Shown piece by piece: positions 11,645 to 21,685 of a stretch of 36,358 bases of DNA (positions are counted from its first letter, which is position 1; every line of letters starts with the position of its first letter). Source of the stretch: Chromatiales bacterium. GTDB taxonomy: Bacteria > Pseudomonadota > Gammaproteobacteria > JACCXJ01. The stretch lies in assembly GCA_043673925.1 (NCBI GenBank), contig JBIMKC010000005.1, forward strand, positions 1-36,358. The letters are read 5' to 3'. The notes beneath the pieces were generated by a model, which did not search any database, was not told where the DNA came from, and saw only the letters and a list, made by a program, of their open reading frames with translations. A program made the translations under genes and the position numbers.

Positions 11645-12727
11645 GTGCTCCTCTATCTCAGCGAATTTCTAGCGGAACTCAATAGTGGGTTCCGCGTTTT
11701 CCAATACCTGACCTTACGCACCATCCTCGGTGTTCTGACGGCGCTCGTAATCTCGCTGGTGGTCGGGCCGTTCATGATCAGGCATTTGACGCACCACCAG
11801 CTCGGCCAAAGCGTGCGTGAAGATGGCCCGCATAGCCATCTGGCGAAATCGGGCACACCCACGATGGGCGGGTTACTTATTTTGACCTCCATCGTGGCCA
11901 GCACTTTATTATGGTCGAATTTGGATAATCGGTTTATGTGGGTTGCTCTCATCGTGACCCTATCGTTCGGAACCATCGGCTGGGTGGATGACTACCGCAA
12001 GGTGGTAAAACGCCAATCGAAGGGTCTCTCGGCGCGAGAAAAATACCTCTGGCAATCTTGCGCTGGTCTCGGTGCCGCGCTATTTCTCTATCTTACCGCG
12101 GGCTCCCCCACGGAAACGCAGTTAATCGTGCCGTTCGTCAAGGCCGTGGTGATCGATCTCGGCTGGTTTTTCGTGCTGTTCAGTTATTTCGTCATCGTGG
12201 GAACCAGCAATGCCGTGAATCTTACCGATGGCCTGGATGGTTTAGCGATACTCCCCGCGGTGATGGTAGCCAGTGCCTTGGCGATATTCGCATACGTTGC
12301 CGGGAACGTGAAAATTTCCACTTACCTGGGCGTGCCCTACGTGCCCGGCGTGGGAGAGCTTAGCATTTTCTGCGGCGCGATCACGGGCGCCGGCCTTGGG
12401 TTTCTCTGGTTTAACACCTATCCAGCTCAGGTTTTCATGGGTGATATCGGAGCGCTGGCCCTAGGCGCCGCCTTGGGTATCGTCGCCGTGCTGGTGAGGC
12501 AAGAACTGGTGTTGCTGATCATGGGCGGGGTGTTTGTGATGGAGACCGTCTCGGTGATCCTGCAGGTGTCGTCTTTTAAGGTTACCGGGAAACGCATTTT
12601 CAACATGGCCCCCTTGCACCATCACTTCGAGCTTAAAGGGTGGCCCGAACCGAGGGTGATCGTCCGCTTCTGGATCATAACCGTGATCCTGGTGCTGGTG
12701 GGGCTCTCCAGCCTCAAGATCCGCTAG
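11645..12727 (+). CDS. mraY: Phospho-MurNAc-pentapeptide transferase MraY
   Basis: [42 protein letters not shown]; 360-aa polytopic membrane protein. Confidence 0.98.
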   Translation: MLLYLSEFLAELNSGFRVFQYLTLRTILGVLTALVISLVVGPFMIRHLTHHQLGQSVREDGPHSHLAKSGTPTMGGLLILTSIVASTLLWSNLDNRFMWVALIVTLSFGTIGWVDDYRKVVKRQSKGLSAREKYLWQSCAGLGAALFLYLTAGSPTETQLIVPFVKAVVIDLGWFFVLFSYFVIVGTSNAVNLTDGLDGLAILPAVMVASALAIFAYVAGNVKISTYLGVPYVPGVGELSIFCGAITGAGLGFLWFNTYPAQVFMGDIGALALGAALGIVAVLVRQELVLLIMGGVFVMETVSVILQVSSFKVTGKRIFNMAPLHHHFELKGWPEPRVIVRFWIITVILVLVGLSSLKIR

Positions 12728-12741
12728 TCATGGGAGTCTCA

Positions 12742-14097
12742 ATGGCGACTCACGAAGTAACGCAGGCCGCCGACACCGTGATCGTGGGTCTGGGGGTGAC
12801 GGGTTTGTCCATAGCGCGTTTTCTCGCCAACCGCGGTGTGCCATTTGCCGTTACTGACAACCGTGAAAACCCGCCCGAGTTGAGCGCGTTTAAAAGCGAA
12901 TTTCCGCACGTACCACTCGCTCTTGGCGGGTTTGATGAGAGCCTGTGCACACAAGCGCAGCGGTTGTTCGTGAGTCCAGGGGTGGCGCCGCGCGAGCCGA
13001 TCATCCAAACAGCCCGCAAGCGCGGTATCGAGGTTGCCGGCGATATCGAACTGTTTGCGCGCCAAAGGTGCGCCCCAATCGTCGCGATCACCGGCACCAA
13101 CGGTAAGAGCACGGTAACCTCCCTGGTCGCCGCGATGGCCGAGGGGAGCGGATTGGAGGCGCGCTCCGGAGGCAACCTTGGCACGCCGGCATTGGCCTTG
13201 ATTAACGATACGGAGCCCGATGTCTATGTGGTCGAGCTTTCGAGCTTTCAACTGGAGACGACCGAGTCGCTCACCCCCGAGGCCGCCGTGGTGCTTAACC
13301 TGACACCCGACCACATGGATCGTTATGCCTCGTTGGATGACTACGCCGGTGCGAAACAACGTATCTACCGCGGCACGGGTGTGATGGTCATCAATGAGGA
13401 TGATGAACGCGTCGCCGCGATGATGGCGGCGGGCCGGCGCGTGATCGGTTTCAGACTCGGGATCCCGCGCGGGAACGGGTTCGGGGTTCGGGAGCGCCAG
13501 GGTGAGCCTTGGCTAGCGCAAGGTGGCGATGAATTGTTGCCGGCGTCCGTGCTGCGGATCCGCGGGCGGCATAATATCGCGAACGCGCTTGCGGCTTTGG
13601 CGCTAGGGACTGCGATAAGCTTGCCGAGGCAGGGCATGCTCAACGCGTTGCGGGAGTTTCGCGGTTTACCGCACCGGTGTGAATGGGTCGCACGGCTTCG
13701 CGATATCGATTGGTATAACGACTCCAAGGGCACCAACGTGGGCGCCACCTGTGCCGCGATTCGCGGGTTGGGCGCCACGCGGCCCTTGGTGTTGATCGCG
13801 GGGGGCGATGGCAAAGGCGCGGACTTTCGGCCGCTCTCGGATGCGGTATCCGGACACGTGCGGGCGATAGTGGTCATGGGGCGCGACGCTCCGCGCATCA
13901 AGTCCGCGCTTGCCGAGGCGGTGCCACTGCTGGAAGCCAAGGATATGCAGGAGGCGGTGTCCCAGGCGGAGCAACTCGCGGTTCCAGGCGATGCAGTCCT
14001 GCTGTCGCCCGCGTGCGCAAGCTTCGACATGTTTCGTAACTACGCCGAGCGCGGGGACGTGTTTATGCGCGCCGTTAACGGGCTGGTAGCACAGTGA
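12742..14097 (+). CDS. murD: UDP-MurNAc-L-Ala--D-Glu ligase MurD
   Basis: GLGVTG, ITGTNGKSTVT, GGNLG, ELSSFQLE, DHMDRY, NDSKGTN, LSPACASFD. Start ATG 12742 follows GGGAG (12730 is an alternative). Confidence 0.96.
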   Translation: MATHEVTQAADTVIVGLGVTGLSIARFLANRGVPFAVTDNRENPPELSAFKSEFPHVPLALGGFDESLCTQAQRLFVSPGVAPREPIIQTARKRGIEVAGDIELFARQRCAPIVAITGTNGKSTVTSLVAAMAEGSGLEARSGGNLGTPALALINDTEPDVYVVELSSFQLETTESLTPEAAVVLNLTPDHMDRYASLDDYAGAKQRIYRGTGVMVINEDDERVAAMMAAGRRVIGFRLGIPRGNGFGVRERQGEPWLAQGGDELLPASVLRIRGRHNIANALAALALGTAISLPRQGMLNALREFRGLPHRCEWVARLRDIDWYNDSKGTNVGATCAAIRGLGATRPLVLIAGGDGKGADFRPLSDAVSGHVRAIVVMGRDAPRIKSALAEAVPLLEAKDMQEAVSQAEQLAVPGDAVLLSPACASFDMFRNYAERGDVFMRAVNGLVAQ

Positions 14098-15263
14098 ACC
14101 AAGCCGCGCCGCAAGCATTGCCTCGGACCTTACCCAGGAGTTCCCGACCGCGAGCGGACTACGATCCCTGGCTGGCCGGGTGTTTCGTGCTGTTATTAGC
14201 ACTAGGACTGGTCATGGTCGCCTCCGCCTCGGTGACGATCGCCGATCGCGATCATCACGATCCCTTCTATTTCTTATGGCGGCAGATGGTGGCGGCGATG
14301 ATCGGCCTTAGCTGCTGCTTCCTGGCCGTGCGCACGCCGTTAGCCACCCTGGAGCGCTTAGGCGCGTTGTCGCTTTTTTTGGCCTTGCTGCTGTTGACTG
14401 CGGTATTGGTTCCAGGCTTAGGACGAGTCGTCAACGGCAGCATGCGATGGATCCGTCTGGGTCCGGTATCGTTTCAGGCCTCCGAACCGGCGAAGCTTTT
14501 CGTCATCATCTATGTGGCGAGCTATCTCGTTCGCCACGAACACAAGGTCCGCTCGACCTTCGCGGGAATGATGAAGCCGTTCTTGGTGTTGACGCTCATT
14601 GGCGGTTTGCTGCTCTTGGAGCCCGATTACGGCGTCACCGCGGTATTATTCGCGACGGCCTTAGGCATGCTATTTCTCGGCGGAGTCCCGCTAACGCGTT
14701 TCCTGGGGTGGGGAGCGGTGGCTGTCACCGCATTAGTTGCGCTTGCGATGCTCGCGCCTTATCGCCTCGATCGCTTGATGACGTTCATGGATCCGTGGGC
14801 CGACCCTTATGACCGCGGATTCCAGTTAACCCAAGCGCTCATCGCGATTGGGCGCGGTGAATGGTGGGGCGTCGGACTCGGGGGTAGCATTCAGAAGTTA
14901 TTTTATCTTCCCGAGGCACATACGGATTTCATATTTGCCGTGTTGGCGGAGGAATTGGGGCTGATCGGATCGCTGGTCGTGATCGCCGCCTACACCCTGG
15001 TGCTCTGGCGCGCCGTCGTGATCGGCGGCCAGGCGCAACGCGCGGGTCAGCCCTTCGCGGAGCACCTCGCCTACGGGATCGGTTTGCTAATTGGACTCCA
15101 AGGATTTATCAACATGGGAGTGAACATGGGGGTGCTGCCGACCAAGGGGCTGACGCTGCCCTTGGTGAGCTATGGGGGTAACAGCATGATGGTGACCTGC
15201 GCCGCGTTCGGGATCTTATTCCGGGTGGAGCGTGAAGCGAGGGTTCGGCGTGATGGCGGGTAG
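14094..15263 (+). CDS. ftsW: SEDS peptidoglycan polymerase FtsW
   Basis: MVASAS, NGSMRWI, QASEPAK, LEPDYG, LPEAHTDFIF, PTKGLTLPLVSYGG. Confidence 0.96.
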   Translation: MNQAAPQALPRTLPRSSRPRADYDPWLAGCFVLLLALGLVMVASASVTIADRDHHDPFYFLWRQMVAAMIGLSCCFLAVRTPLATLERLGALSLFLALLLLTAVLVPGLGRVVNGSMRWIRLGPVSFQASEPAKLFVIIYVASYLVRHEHKVRSTFAGMMKPFLVLTLIGGLLLLEPDYGVTAVLFATALGMLFLGGVPLTRFLGWGAVAVTALVALAMLAPYRLDRLMTFMDPWADPYDRGFQLTQALIAIGRGEWWGVGLGGSIQKLFYLPEAHTDFIFAVLAEELGLIGSLVVIAAYTLVLWRAVVIGGQAQRAGQPFAEHLAYGIGLLIGLQGFINMGVNMGVLPTKGLTLPLVSYGGNSMMVTCAAFGILFRVEREARVRRDGG

Positions 15264-16320
15264 ACCGGTGCTGATGATGGCCGGCGGTACGGGCGGACAT
15301 ATTTTCCCCGCCCTCGCGGTCGCCGAACGGCTACGCGACTTGGGCGTGCCCCTGATCTGGCTTGGGACCCGAGGCGGGCTGGAAGCGACCATTGTGCCTA
15401 AGGCGGGTTTCGATCTCATTACCATCGCCGTATCCGGGTTCCGGGGCAAGGCGCTGATTCAGCAGGTCATCGCACCGCTGCAGATCGTGTTCGCGCTGCT
15501 CCAGTGTCTCGTTCTCTTGGTGCGCCGGCGGCCCGCGGCTGTCGTCGGTATGGGTGGATTCACAAGCGGGCCCGGAGGCATCGCCGCCTGGCTTTTGCGG
15601 ATCCCGCTGATCATCCACGAGCAGAACGCGGTGGCGGGACTCACGAACCGGTTACTGTCGCCCTTGGCTACCCGGGTCCTGGAGTCCTTCCCCGGCACCT
15701 TCGCGCGCGTCAGAACCGCGGTTCACACGGGTAATCCGGTGCGCCGCGAGGTATTGAGCGTCAGCCGCGTAGCGCACGCTCAGACGGAATTGCGGATTCT
15801 GATCCTCGGCGGTAGTCAGGGCGCCTTGGTTCTCAACCGCGTCGTACCCGAGGCCGTCGCGCGCCTGGGATCCCCGGCGGTCCGGATATGGCATCAGGTC
15901 GGGGCTTCCGATCAGGGTGCCACCGGGCAGCGCTACACGGCCTTTGGGGTGCGGGCCAAAGTCGATGTATTCATTGACGACATGGCTGCGGCCTACGCAT
16001 GGGCGGACATCGCGATTTGCCGTGCCGGCGCCTCCACGCTGTTCGAGCTTGCGGCCGCGTCCGTCCCGGCGATTTTGGTTCCTTATCCCTCGGCCGTGGA
16101 CGATCACCAAACCGCGAATGCGCGTTTCTTGGCCGATCGCGGCGCGGCGATACTCATACCGCAGCCGCAATTCAATGAAGGGTGCTTGGCGGAAGTGTTG
16201 AGGACACTGGGAGAAGCCCCTGAACGCTTGCAAATCATGGCGGCTCGGGTGCACGAGATCGCCGCGTTAAACGCCACCGCACGGGTCGTCGAGCTGTGTG
16301 TGGAGGTGGCGCGTGGTTGA
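15253..16320 (+). CDS. murG: Lipid II GlcNAc transferase MurG
   Basis: AGGTGGHIFP, HEQN, GNPVR, GGSQGA, RAGAST..E, DDHQT.NA. Start set at ATG 15253. Confidence 0.96.
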   Translation: MAGRPVLMMAGGTGGHIFPALAVAERLRDLGVPLIWLGTRGGLEATIVPKAGFDLITIAVSGFRGKALIQQVIAPLQIVFALLQCLVLLVRRRPAAVVGMGGFTSGPGGIAAWLLRIPLIIHEQNAVAGLTNRLLSPLATRVLESFPGTFARVRTAVHTGNPVRREVLSVSRVAHAQTELRILILGGSQGALVLNRVVPEAVARLGSPAVRIWHQVGASDQGATGQRYTAFGVRAKVDVFIDDMAAAYAWADIAICRAGASTLFELAAASVPAILVPYPSAVDDHQTANARFLADRGAAILIPQPQFNEGCLAEVLRTLGEAPERLQIMAARVHEIAALNATARVVELCVEVARG

Positions 16321-17746
16321 AGGCGAAACCTCGACGATGCGCCGGGTAAAGACGATTCACTTTGTCGGGATCGGCGGGGCCGGCATGAGCGGGATCGCCG
16401 AGGTTCTCCACAACCTCGGCTACCGCGTTTCCGGTTCCGATCTCCACGATAACGCCAGCACGGAACGCCTGAAACGGCTGGGTATCCGTATCGTACTGGG
16501 GCACCGTGCGGAAAGTATGGCCGACGCGGACGTCCTGGTCGTATCGAGCGCCGTCGGCGCCGATAACGTCGAGGTCCTCACGGCGCGGGAAAGTAGAATA
16601 CCGGTCGTGCCGCGCGCGGAGATGCTGGCTGAGCTCATGCGCTTTCGTTACGGGATCGCGGTCGCGGGCACCCACGGAAAAACGACAACCACGAGCCTCA
16701 TCGCGAGTCTCTTGGCGAGGGCCGGTCTCGATCCCACCTTCGTGATCGGCGGGCGGCTGAATAGCGTGGCGAGCCACGCGCGGCTCGGGAGCGGGAAATA
16801 CCTCGTCGCCGAAGCCGATGAGAGCGACTCCTCGTTTCTGTATCTCAAACCCGTGATCGCGGTCCTGACCAATATCGACGCCGATCACCTGGGCGCCTAT
16901 CGCAATGATTTTTCCCGCCTGCGCGAGGCCTTTTTAGAGTTCTTGCATCACCTGCCGTTCTACGGGTTGGCCGTTGTATGCATGGACGACCCGGTCATTC
17001 GGGACATTCTAGGGTGCGTCTCAAGGCCATTGCTGACCTACGGGATGGACACGCAGGCGGACCTACGCGCGGAGGTGCTGTGGCAAGAACGCGGCACCAC
17101 GCGCTTTCGAGTCACCTCTTTGGAGGGTAACTCGATGGACCTCACGCTAAATTTACCGGGGGCACATAACGTCTTGAACGCGCTCGCGGCGATCGCTGTC
17201 GCGCGCGAGATCAACATCGCTGATGAGGTGATTAAAGCAGGCCTTGAGCGCTTTGAGGGCATTGCCCGGCGATCGCAATTGTTCGGTGAGATCCGGATCG
17301 GAGCGGCGCGCGTGCTTTTAATCGATGACTACGGTCACCATCCACGCGAGATCGCCGCGACCTTGGCGGCGGTGCGGGCGGGCTGGCCCGATCGGAGACT
17401 GGTCGTCGCTTTCCAGCCCCATCGCTACACGCGTACCGAGGACTTGTTCCAGGATTTCGTCGAGGTTCTATCAACCGTGGATATGTTAGTCTTGTTCGAG
17501 ACCTATGCGGCAGGTGAAACCTACGTCGCAAGCGCCGACAGCCGCGCTCTGTGCCGCGCCATACAGCGCCGCGGCGGCGCCGATGCTCTGTTGCTCGGTC
17601 AACCCTCGGAACTAGCCGCCGAGTTACCCCGGTTGGTCAGCGACGGCTGCATCCTGCTTATGCTCGGCGCCGGCAATGTTGGCGCCACTGCGCCACACCT
17701 TTGGCGTTATTACGGCGCCGGGCAAGAATTGGCGGCGGTATGTTAA
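16313..17746 (+). CDS. murC: UDP-MurNAc--L-Ala ligase MurC
   Basis: HFVGIGGAGMSG, GTHGKTTTTS, EADESD.SF, DDYGHHP.E, FQPHRYTRT. Start GTG 16313 follows GGAGG (ATG 16337 is an alternative). Confidence 0.97.
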   Translation: MVEGETSTMRRVKTIHFVGIGGAGMSGIAEVLHNLGYRVSGSDLHDNASTERLKRLGIRIVLGHRAESMADADVLVVSSAVGADNVEVLTARESRIPVVPRAEMLAELMRFRYGIAVAGTHGKTTTTSLIASLLARAGLDPTFVIGGRLNSVASHARLGSGKYLVAEADESDSSFLYLKPVIAVLTNIDADHLGAYRNDFSRLREAFLEFLHHLPFYGLAVVCMDDPVIRDILGCVSRPLLTYGMDTQADLRAEVLWQERGTTRFRVTSLEGNSMDLTLNLPGAHNVLNALAAIAVAREINIADEVIKAGLERFEGIARRSQLFGEIRIGAARVLLIDDYGHHPREIAATLAAVRAGWPDRRLVVAFQPHRYTRTEDLFQDFVEVLSTVDMLVLFETYAAGETYVASADSRALCRAIQRRGGADALLLGQPSELAAELPRLVSDGCILLMLGAGNVGATAPHLWRYYGAGQELAAVC

Positions 17747-18693
17747 CGCAACCGCACGCGCCCTCCCTGGGGATCTCGAAAGGGGGATGTCACCCGCCGC
17801 TGCGAGGCGAACTACGCTACGCGGAGCCCATGTCCGAGCATACCTCGTGGCGCGTCGGTGGACCCGCGGATCGGTTCTACGTTCCCGCCGATGTTGACGA
17901 TCTCGTGGCCTTTATCCGTCGGCTCCCGCGCGCGGAACCGGTCTTGTGGGTGGGTTTGGGCAGTAACGTGCTGGTGCGCGAGGGCGGGATCCGCGGTACG
18001 GTGATTTGTACAGTGGGCGTTTTCGACAAACTGGAAATAACCTGTGGGCATACCTTATGGGCCGGATGCGGAGTCGCGTGCGCGAGGGTGGCTCGCTATG
18101 CCGCAAGAGCCGCTTACAGGGGCGGGGAGTTTTTAGCGGGTGTTCCCGGAACCCTGGGGGGGGCTCTCGCGATGAATGCCGGCGCCTACGGCGGACAGAC
18201 GTGGGATCTCGTAAGAAGCGTTGAAACCGTGGACCGTGAAGGCGTCTTACGGACACGCAAACGGCAGGAGTTCGTTCCGGGTTACCGCCACCTTGGCGGT
18301 CTACAAGATGATGAATGGTTCCTAGGCGCCGAACTTGCTCTAGAGCCGGATCCCGAGCGTCGCGGCATGCAACGCATCAAGTCCCTCATGATGCGGCGGG
18401 CGGCTGCGCAGCCGATCCAGCAGCGCAGTTGCGGCTCCGTATTTAGCAATCCCCCCGGGGATCACGCGGCTCGCCTGATCGAAGCAAGCGGACTGAAAGG
18501 CTTGTCCGTCGGCGAGGCCCGTGTCTCGGAAAAGCATGCTAATTTCATAGTAAACCTCGGGAAGGCAACCGCCACCGACATCGAAGCCCTGATTGAGAAG
18601 ATTCAAGCGACGGTGGAGTCGGCGCATGCCGTACGGCTGGCGCCGGAGGTCAAGATCGTCGGCGAACCTATGCGGTCCGGCGAGGGCGCATGA
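17740..18693 (+). CDS. murB: UDP-N-acetylenolpyruvoylglucosamine reductase MurB
   Basis: HTSWRVGGPA, GLGSNVLV, PGTLGGALAMNAGAYG, QP....SCGSVF.NP, SEKHANF. Start set at ATG 17740, overlapping the murC end. Confidence 0.95.
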   Translation: MLTQPHAPSLGISKGGCHPPLRGELRYAEPMSEHTSWRVGGPADRFYVPADVDDLVAFIRRLPRAEPVLWVGLGSNVLVREGGIRGTVICTVGVFDKLEITCGHTLWAGCGVACARVARYAARAAYRGGEFLAGVPGTLGGALAMNAGAYGGQTWDLVRSVETVDREGVLRTRKRQEFVPGYRHLGGLQDDEWFLGAELALEPDPERRGMQRIKSLMMRRAAAQPIQQRSCGSVFSNPPGDHAARLIEASGLKGLSVGEARVSEKHANFIVNLGKATATDIEALIEKIQATVESAHAVRLAPEVKIVGEPMRSGEGA

Positions 18694-19637
18694 GTAAGTT
18701 CACGAACGTGGCGGTGCTCATGGGAGGTGACTCGGCGGAGCGTGTGATTTCGCTCGCGAGCGGTAACGCGGTCCTCGCCGCACTCCAGCGCAAGGGGGTG
18801 CATGCGGCGCCTGTTGACCTCGACGCGCAAGTGTTGGAACGCTTGCGAAGCGGCGGCTATGACAGCGCTTTTATCGCCCTGCATGGCCGGGGTGGCGAGG
18901 ACGGGCAGATCCAAGGCGCACTCGAAACCTTGCGGATCCCGTACACGGGAAGCGGCGTGTTGGGCTCGGCTTTGGCGATGGACAAGATCAAAGCCAAACG
19001 GGTGTGGATCGGTGTCGGTTTGCCGACGCCAGCTTTCGTTGAGTTGAAAGAGGATTCTGATGCGCAAGCTGTCGTCTCGGCCTTGGGGTTACCCATCATG
19101 GTGAAACCCGCGTGCGAGGGTTCGAGCATCGGCGCGAGCAAGGTAGAGAGTCCGGGGAGCCTAAGCGCGGCTTGGAAATCCGCCGCCCAATTTGATGAGA
19201 GCATCATCGCGGAACAATGGATCACGGGGCGCGAATATACCGTTGCCGTGCTGCACGAAGAAGCCCTGCCGATGATTCGGTTGGAGACGCCGAGGTTGTT
19301 CTACGATTACGAGGCGAAGTATCACGACGATCGCACCCGCTATATTTGCCCCGCGGATCTCCCCGTGGAGCGGGAGCGCGAGTATCAAGCGTTGGCGGTG
19401 CACGCCTTTCAGACCTTGGGTGCACGCGGCTGGGGGCGCGTTGACATGCTGGTTGATCGTGCGGACCGGCCGTGGCTTATCGAAGTGAACACGGTCCCCG
19501 GTATGACGAGCCATAGCCTGGTCCCGATGGCCGCGAAGGCGGCCCGCATATCATTTGACGAGCTGGTGATGAAGATACTGCAAACGGCGCGCTTGACGCG
19601 GATCGCCAAGGATCCTAAAAACGGGGTTGTGGCGTGA
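18690..19637 (+). CDS. ddl: D-alanine--D-alanine ligase
   Basis: GGDSAER..SL.SG, LHGRGGEDG, PYTGSG, EGSSIG, FYDYEAKY, EVNTVPGMT.HSL.P. Confidence 0.96.
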   Translation: MSKFTNVAVLMGGDSAERVISLASGNAVLAALQRKGVHAAPVDLDAQVLERLRSGGYDSAFIALHGRGGEDGQIQGALETLRIPYTGSGVLGSALAMDKIKAKRVWIGVGLPTPAFVELKEDSDAQAVVSALGLPIMVKPACEGSSIGASKVESPGSLSAAWKSAAQFDESIIAEQWITGREYTVAVLHEEALPMIRLETPRLFYDYEAKYHDDRTRYICPADLPVEREREYQALAVHAFQTLGARGWGRVDMLVDRADRPWLIEVNTVPGMTSHSLVPMAAKAARISFDELVMKILQTARLTRIAKDPKNGVVA

Positions 19638-20416
19638 AGCGGCAGCGGCGAAATCGGCGTATTGCAAAACCCCCGGTGTGCTGCAACAACCATCGTTGGA
19701 TAGTATTGGTCACTGTTTTTGTGGTCGTGGACCTGACCGCGCTGGTTGCATGGGCGGTGACACGAATCACCGATCCGGCCGCGATGCCCATTCGCGAGGT
19801 GTTTATCGAAGGCGAGTTTCGGCAGCTCAAACCGAGCGATCTCCGGGCACTGATCGTTCAGGAAGTGTACGGCGGTTTCTTTACGGTAGGTGTCAACGAG
19901 ATACAGGATGATCTCAGCCATAATCCGTGGATCAAAGGCGTATCGGTAGGGCGGGTCTGGCCTGATGGACTCAAGGTCACGGTGCATGAGCAGCGGCCTG
20001 CCGCTCGTTGGGGAGATAAAGGCCTGCTGAGTAGCGACGGCGTTTTGTTTCATCCGCCGCAACATACGTATCCGCTCGGGCTTCCTAAGCTCATTGGCCC
20101 CAGCGCCACGGAGGTTCAAGTGCTCGCCAAGTTCCGCGATCTACAGCGTCGTATGATTGAGATCGGGCTTGAGGTGGTGAGCTTAAAGCTAAGCCCGCGG
20201 CGCTCTTGGAGCTTCGAATTGCGGGGCGGTCCGCTCGTGATCGTGGGCAAGTCCGAGTTCGATCGCAGGGTAGGCCGTTTCATCGAACACTATCCAAAGG
20301 CGATTAGCGGGGCGAGCGTTGCCGTGGTGCGGGTCGATCTGCGTTACACGAATGGCTTCGCCGTACGCACGGGTAAAGCCGCCGATTTAAAGGAGTCGCT
20401 GGGTGAAAAGGTCTGA
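19634..20416 (+). CDS. ftsQ: Cell division protein FtsQ
   Basis: Basic N-terminus, one TM segment, POTRA-like PWI..VSV.RVWPD.L.V.V.E, C-terminal VDLRYTNGFAV; between ddl and ftsA. Confidence 0.92.
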   Translation: MKRQRRNRRIAKPPVCCNNHRWIVLVTVFVVVDLTALVAWAVTRITDPAAMPIREVFIEGEFRQLKPSDLRALIVQEVYGGFFTVGVNEIQDDLSHNPWIKGVSVGRVWPDGLKVTVHEQRPAARWGDKGLLSSDGVLFHPPQHTYPLGLPKLIGPSATEVQVLAKFRDLQRRMIEIGLEVVSLKLSPRRSWSFELRGGPLVIVGKSEFDRRVGRFIEHYPKAISGASVAVVRVDLRYTNGFAVRTGKAADLKESLGEKV

Positions 20417-21635
20417 CAAAAGCCTAATCGTGGGGCTCGATATTGGCACCTCGAAGGTGGCGGCGATCGTCGGTGAAATAGCCTCGGACGGAACCGTGGA
20501 AGTCATCGGGGTCGGCTCGAATCCGTCCCGTGGGCTAAAAAAGGGTGTGGTCGTCAACATCGAATCCACTGTTCAGTCGATACAGCGAGCCATCGAAGAA
20601 GCCGAGTTAATGGCCGGGTGCGAGATTCGGTCGGTGTATGCCGGGATTGCGGGTAGCCACATACGCAGTTTGAATTCGCACGGCATCGTCGCGATCCGGG
20701 ATAGCGAGGTGACGCATAGCGATGTCGAGCGTGTCATCGATGCGGCGCGTGCGGTCGCCATTCCCGCGGATCAGAAAATCCTGCACGTCTTGCCCCAAGA
20801 ATTTGTCATCGACAGTCAGGAAGGGATCCGTGAACCCATCGGCATGTCCGGGGTCCGGCTGGAGGCTAAGGTGCACGTGGTGACCGGTGCGGTAAGCGCG
20901 GCCCAGAACATCATCAAATGCGTGAAGCGGTGCGGGTTGGAAGTCGATGACATGATCCTGCAACAGCTCGCTTCAGCCCAAACCGTGCTGACCGAAGATG
21001 AAAAGGACCTCGGGGTGTGCGTGGCCGATATCGGCGGTGGAACGACCGATATCGCCGTCTACATCGATGGCGCCATTCAGCATACGGCGGTCATTCCTAT
21101 CGCGGGCGATCAGGTGACCAATGACATAGCCGTGGCCCTGAGGACGCCTACCCATAATGCGGAAGAGATCAAGATCAAATATGCGTGCGCACTGACGCAG
21201 CTCGCGAGCCCCGAAGAGACCATAGAGGTTCCAAGCGTCGGTGATCGGCCTCCCAGACGGCTCATGCGGCAAACACTGGCGGAGGTCGTTGAGCCTCGCT
21301 TTGAAGAGCTGTTTTCACTGATACAAGCGGAGCTCAAGCGAAGCGGTTACGAAGAGATGATGGCCGCGGGCATCGTGCTTACCGGCGGTAGCTCGAAGAT
21401 GGAAGGGGCCATCGAGTTGGCCGAAGAAGTATTTCACCGGCAGGTACGTTTGGGCGTGCCTCAGAATGTAACCGGATTGGTGGACGTGGTTAGAAACCCT
21501 GTTTATTCGACAGGCGTGGGTCTGTTGTTGTTTGGACGCGATTGCGCACGAAGCGGTTCTAGGCCCTCGCGCGTCGAGGGCGGTTTTTCCGGGGTTTGGG
21601 AGCGGATGAAAAATTGGTTTCAGGGACATTTCTAG
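20403..21635 (+). CDS. ftsA: Cell division protein FtsA
   Basis: GLDIGTSKV, DIGGGTTD, VLTGG, C-terminal amphipathic helix WERMKNWFQGHF; AAGGAG RBS before GTG. Confidence 0.98.
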   Translation: MKRSDKSLIVGLDIGTSKVAAIVGEIASDGTVEVIGVGSNPSRGLKKGVVVNIESTVQSIQRAIEEAELMAGCEIRSVYAGIAGSHIRSLNSHGIVAIRDSEVTHSDVERVIDAARAVAIPADQKILHVLPQEFVIDSQEGIREPIGMSGVRLEAKVHVVTGAVSAAQNIIKCVKRCGLEVDDMILQQLASAQTVLTEDEKDLGVCVADIGGGTTDIAVYIDGAIQHTAVIPIAGDQVTNDIAVALRTPTHNAEEIKIKYACALTQLASPEETIEVPSVGDRPPRRLMRQTLAEVVEPRFEELFSLIQAELKRSGYEEMMAAGIVLTGGSSKMEGAIELAEEVFHRQVRLGVPQNVTGLVDVVRNPVYSTGVGLLLFGRDCARSGSRPSRVEGGFSGVWERMKNWFQGHF

Positions 21636-21685
21636 GCTTAACGGCGGGATGGCATGCGGGTACTACAACGAGCGGAGGTCAGGCA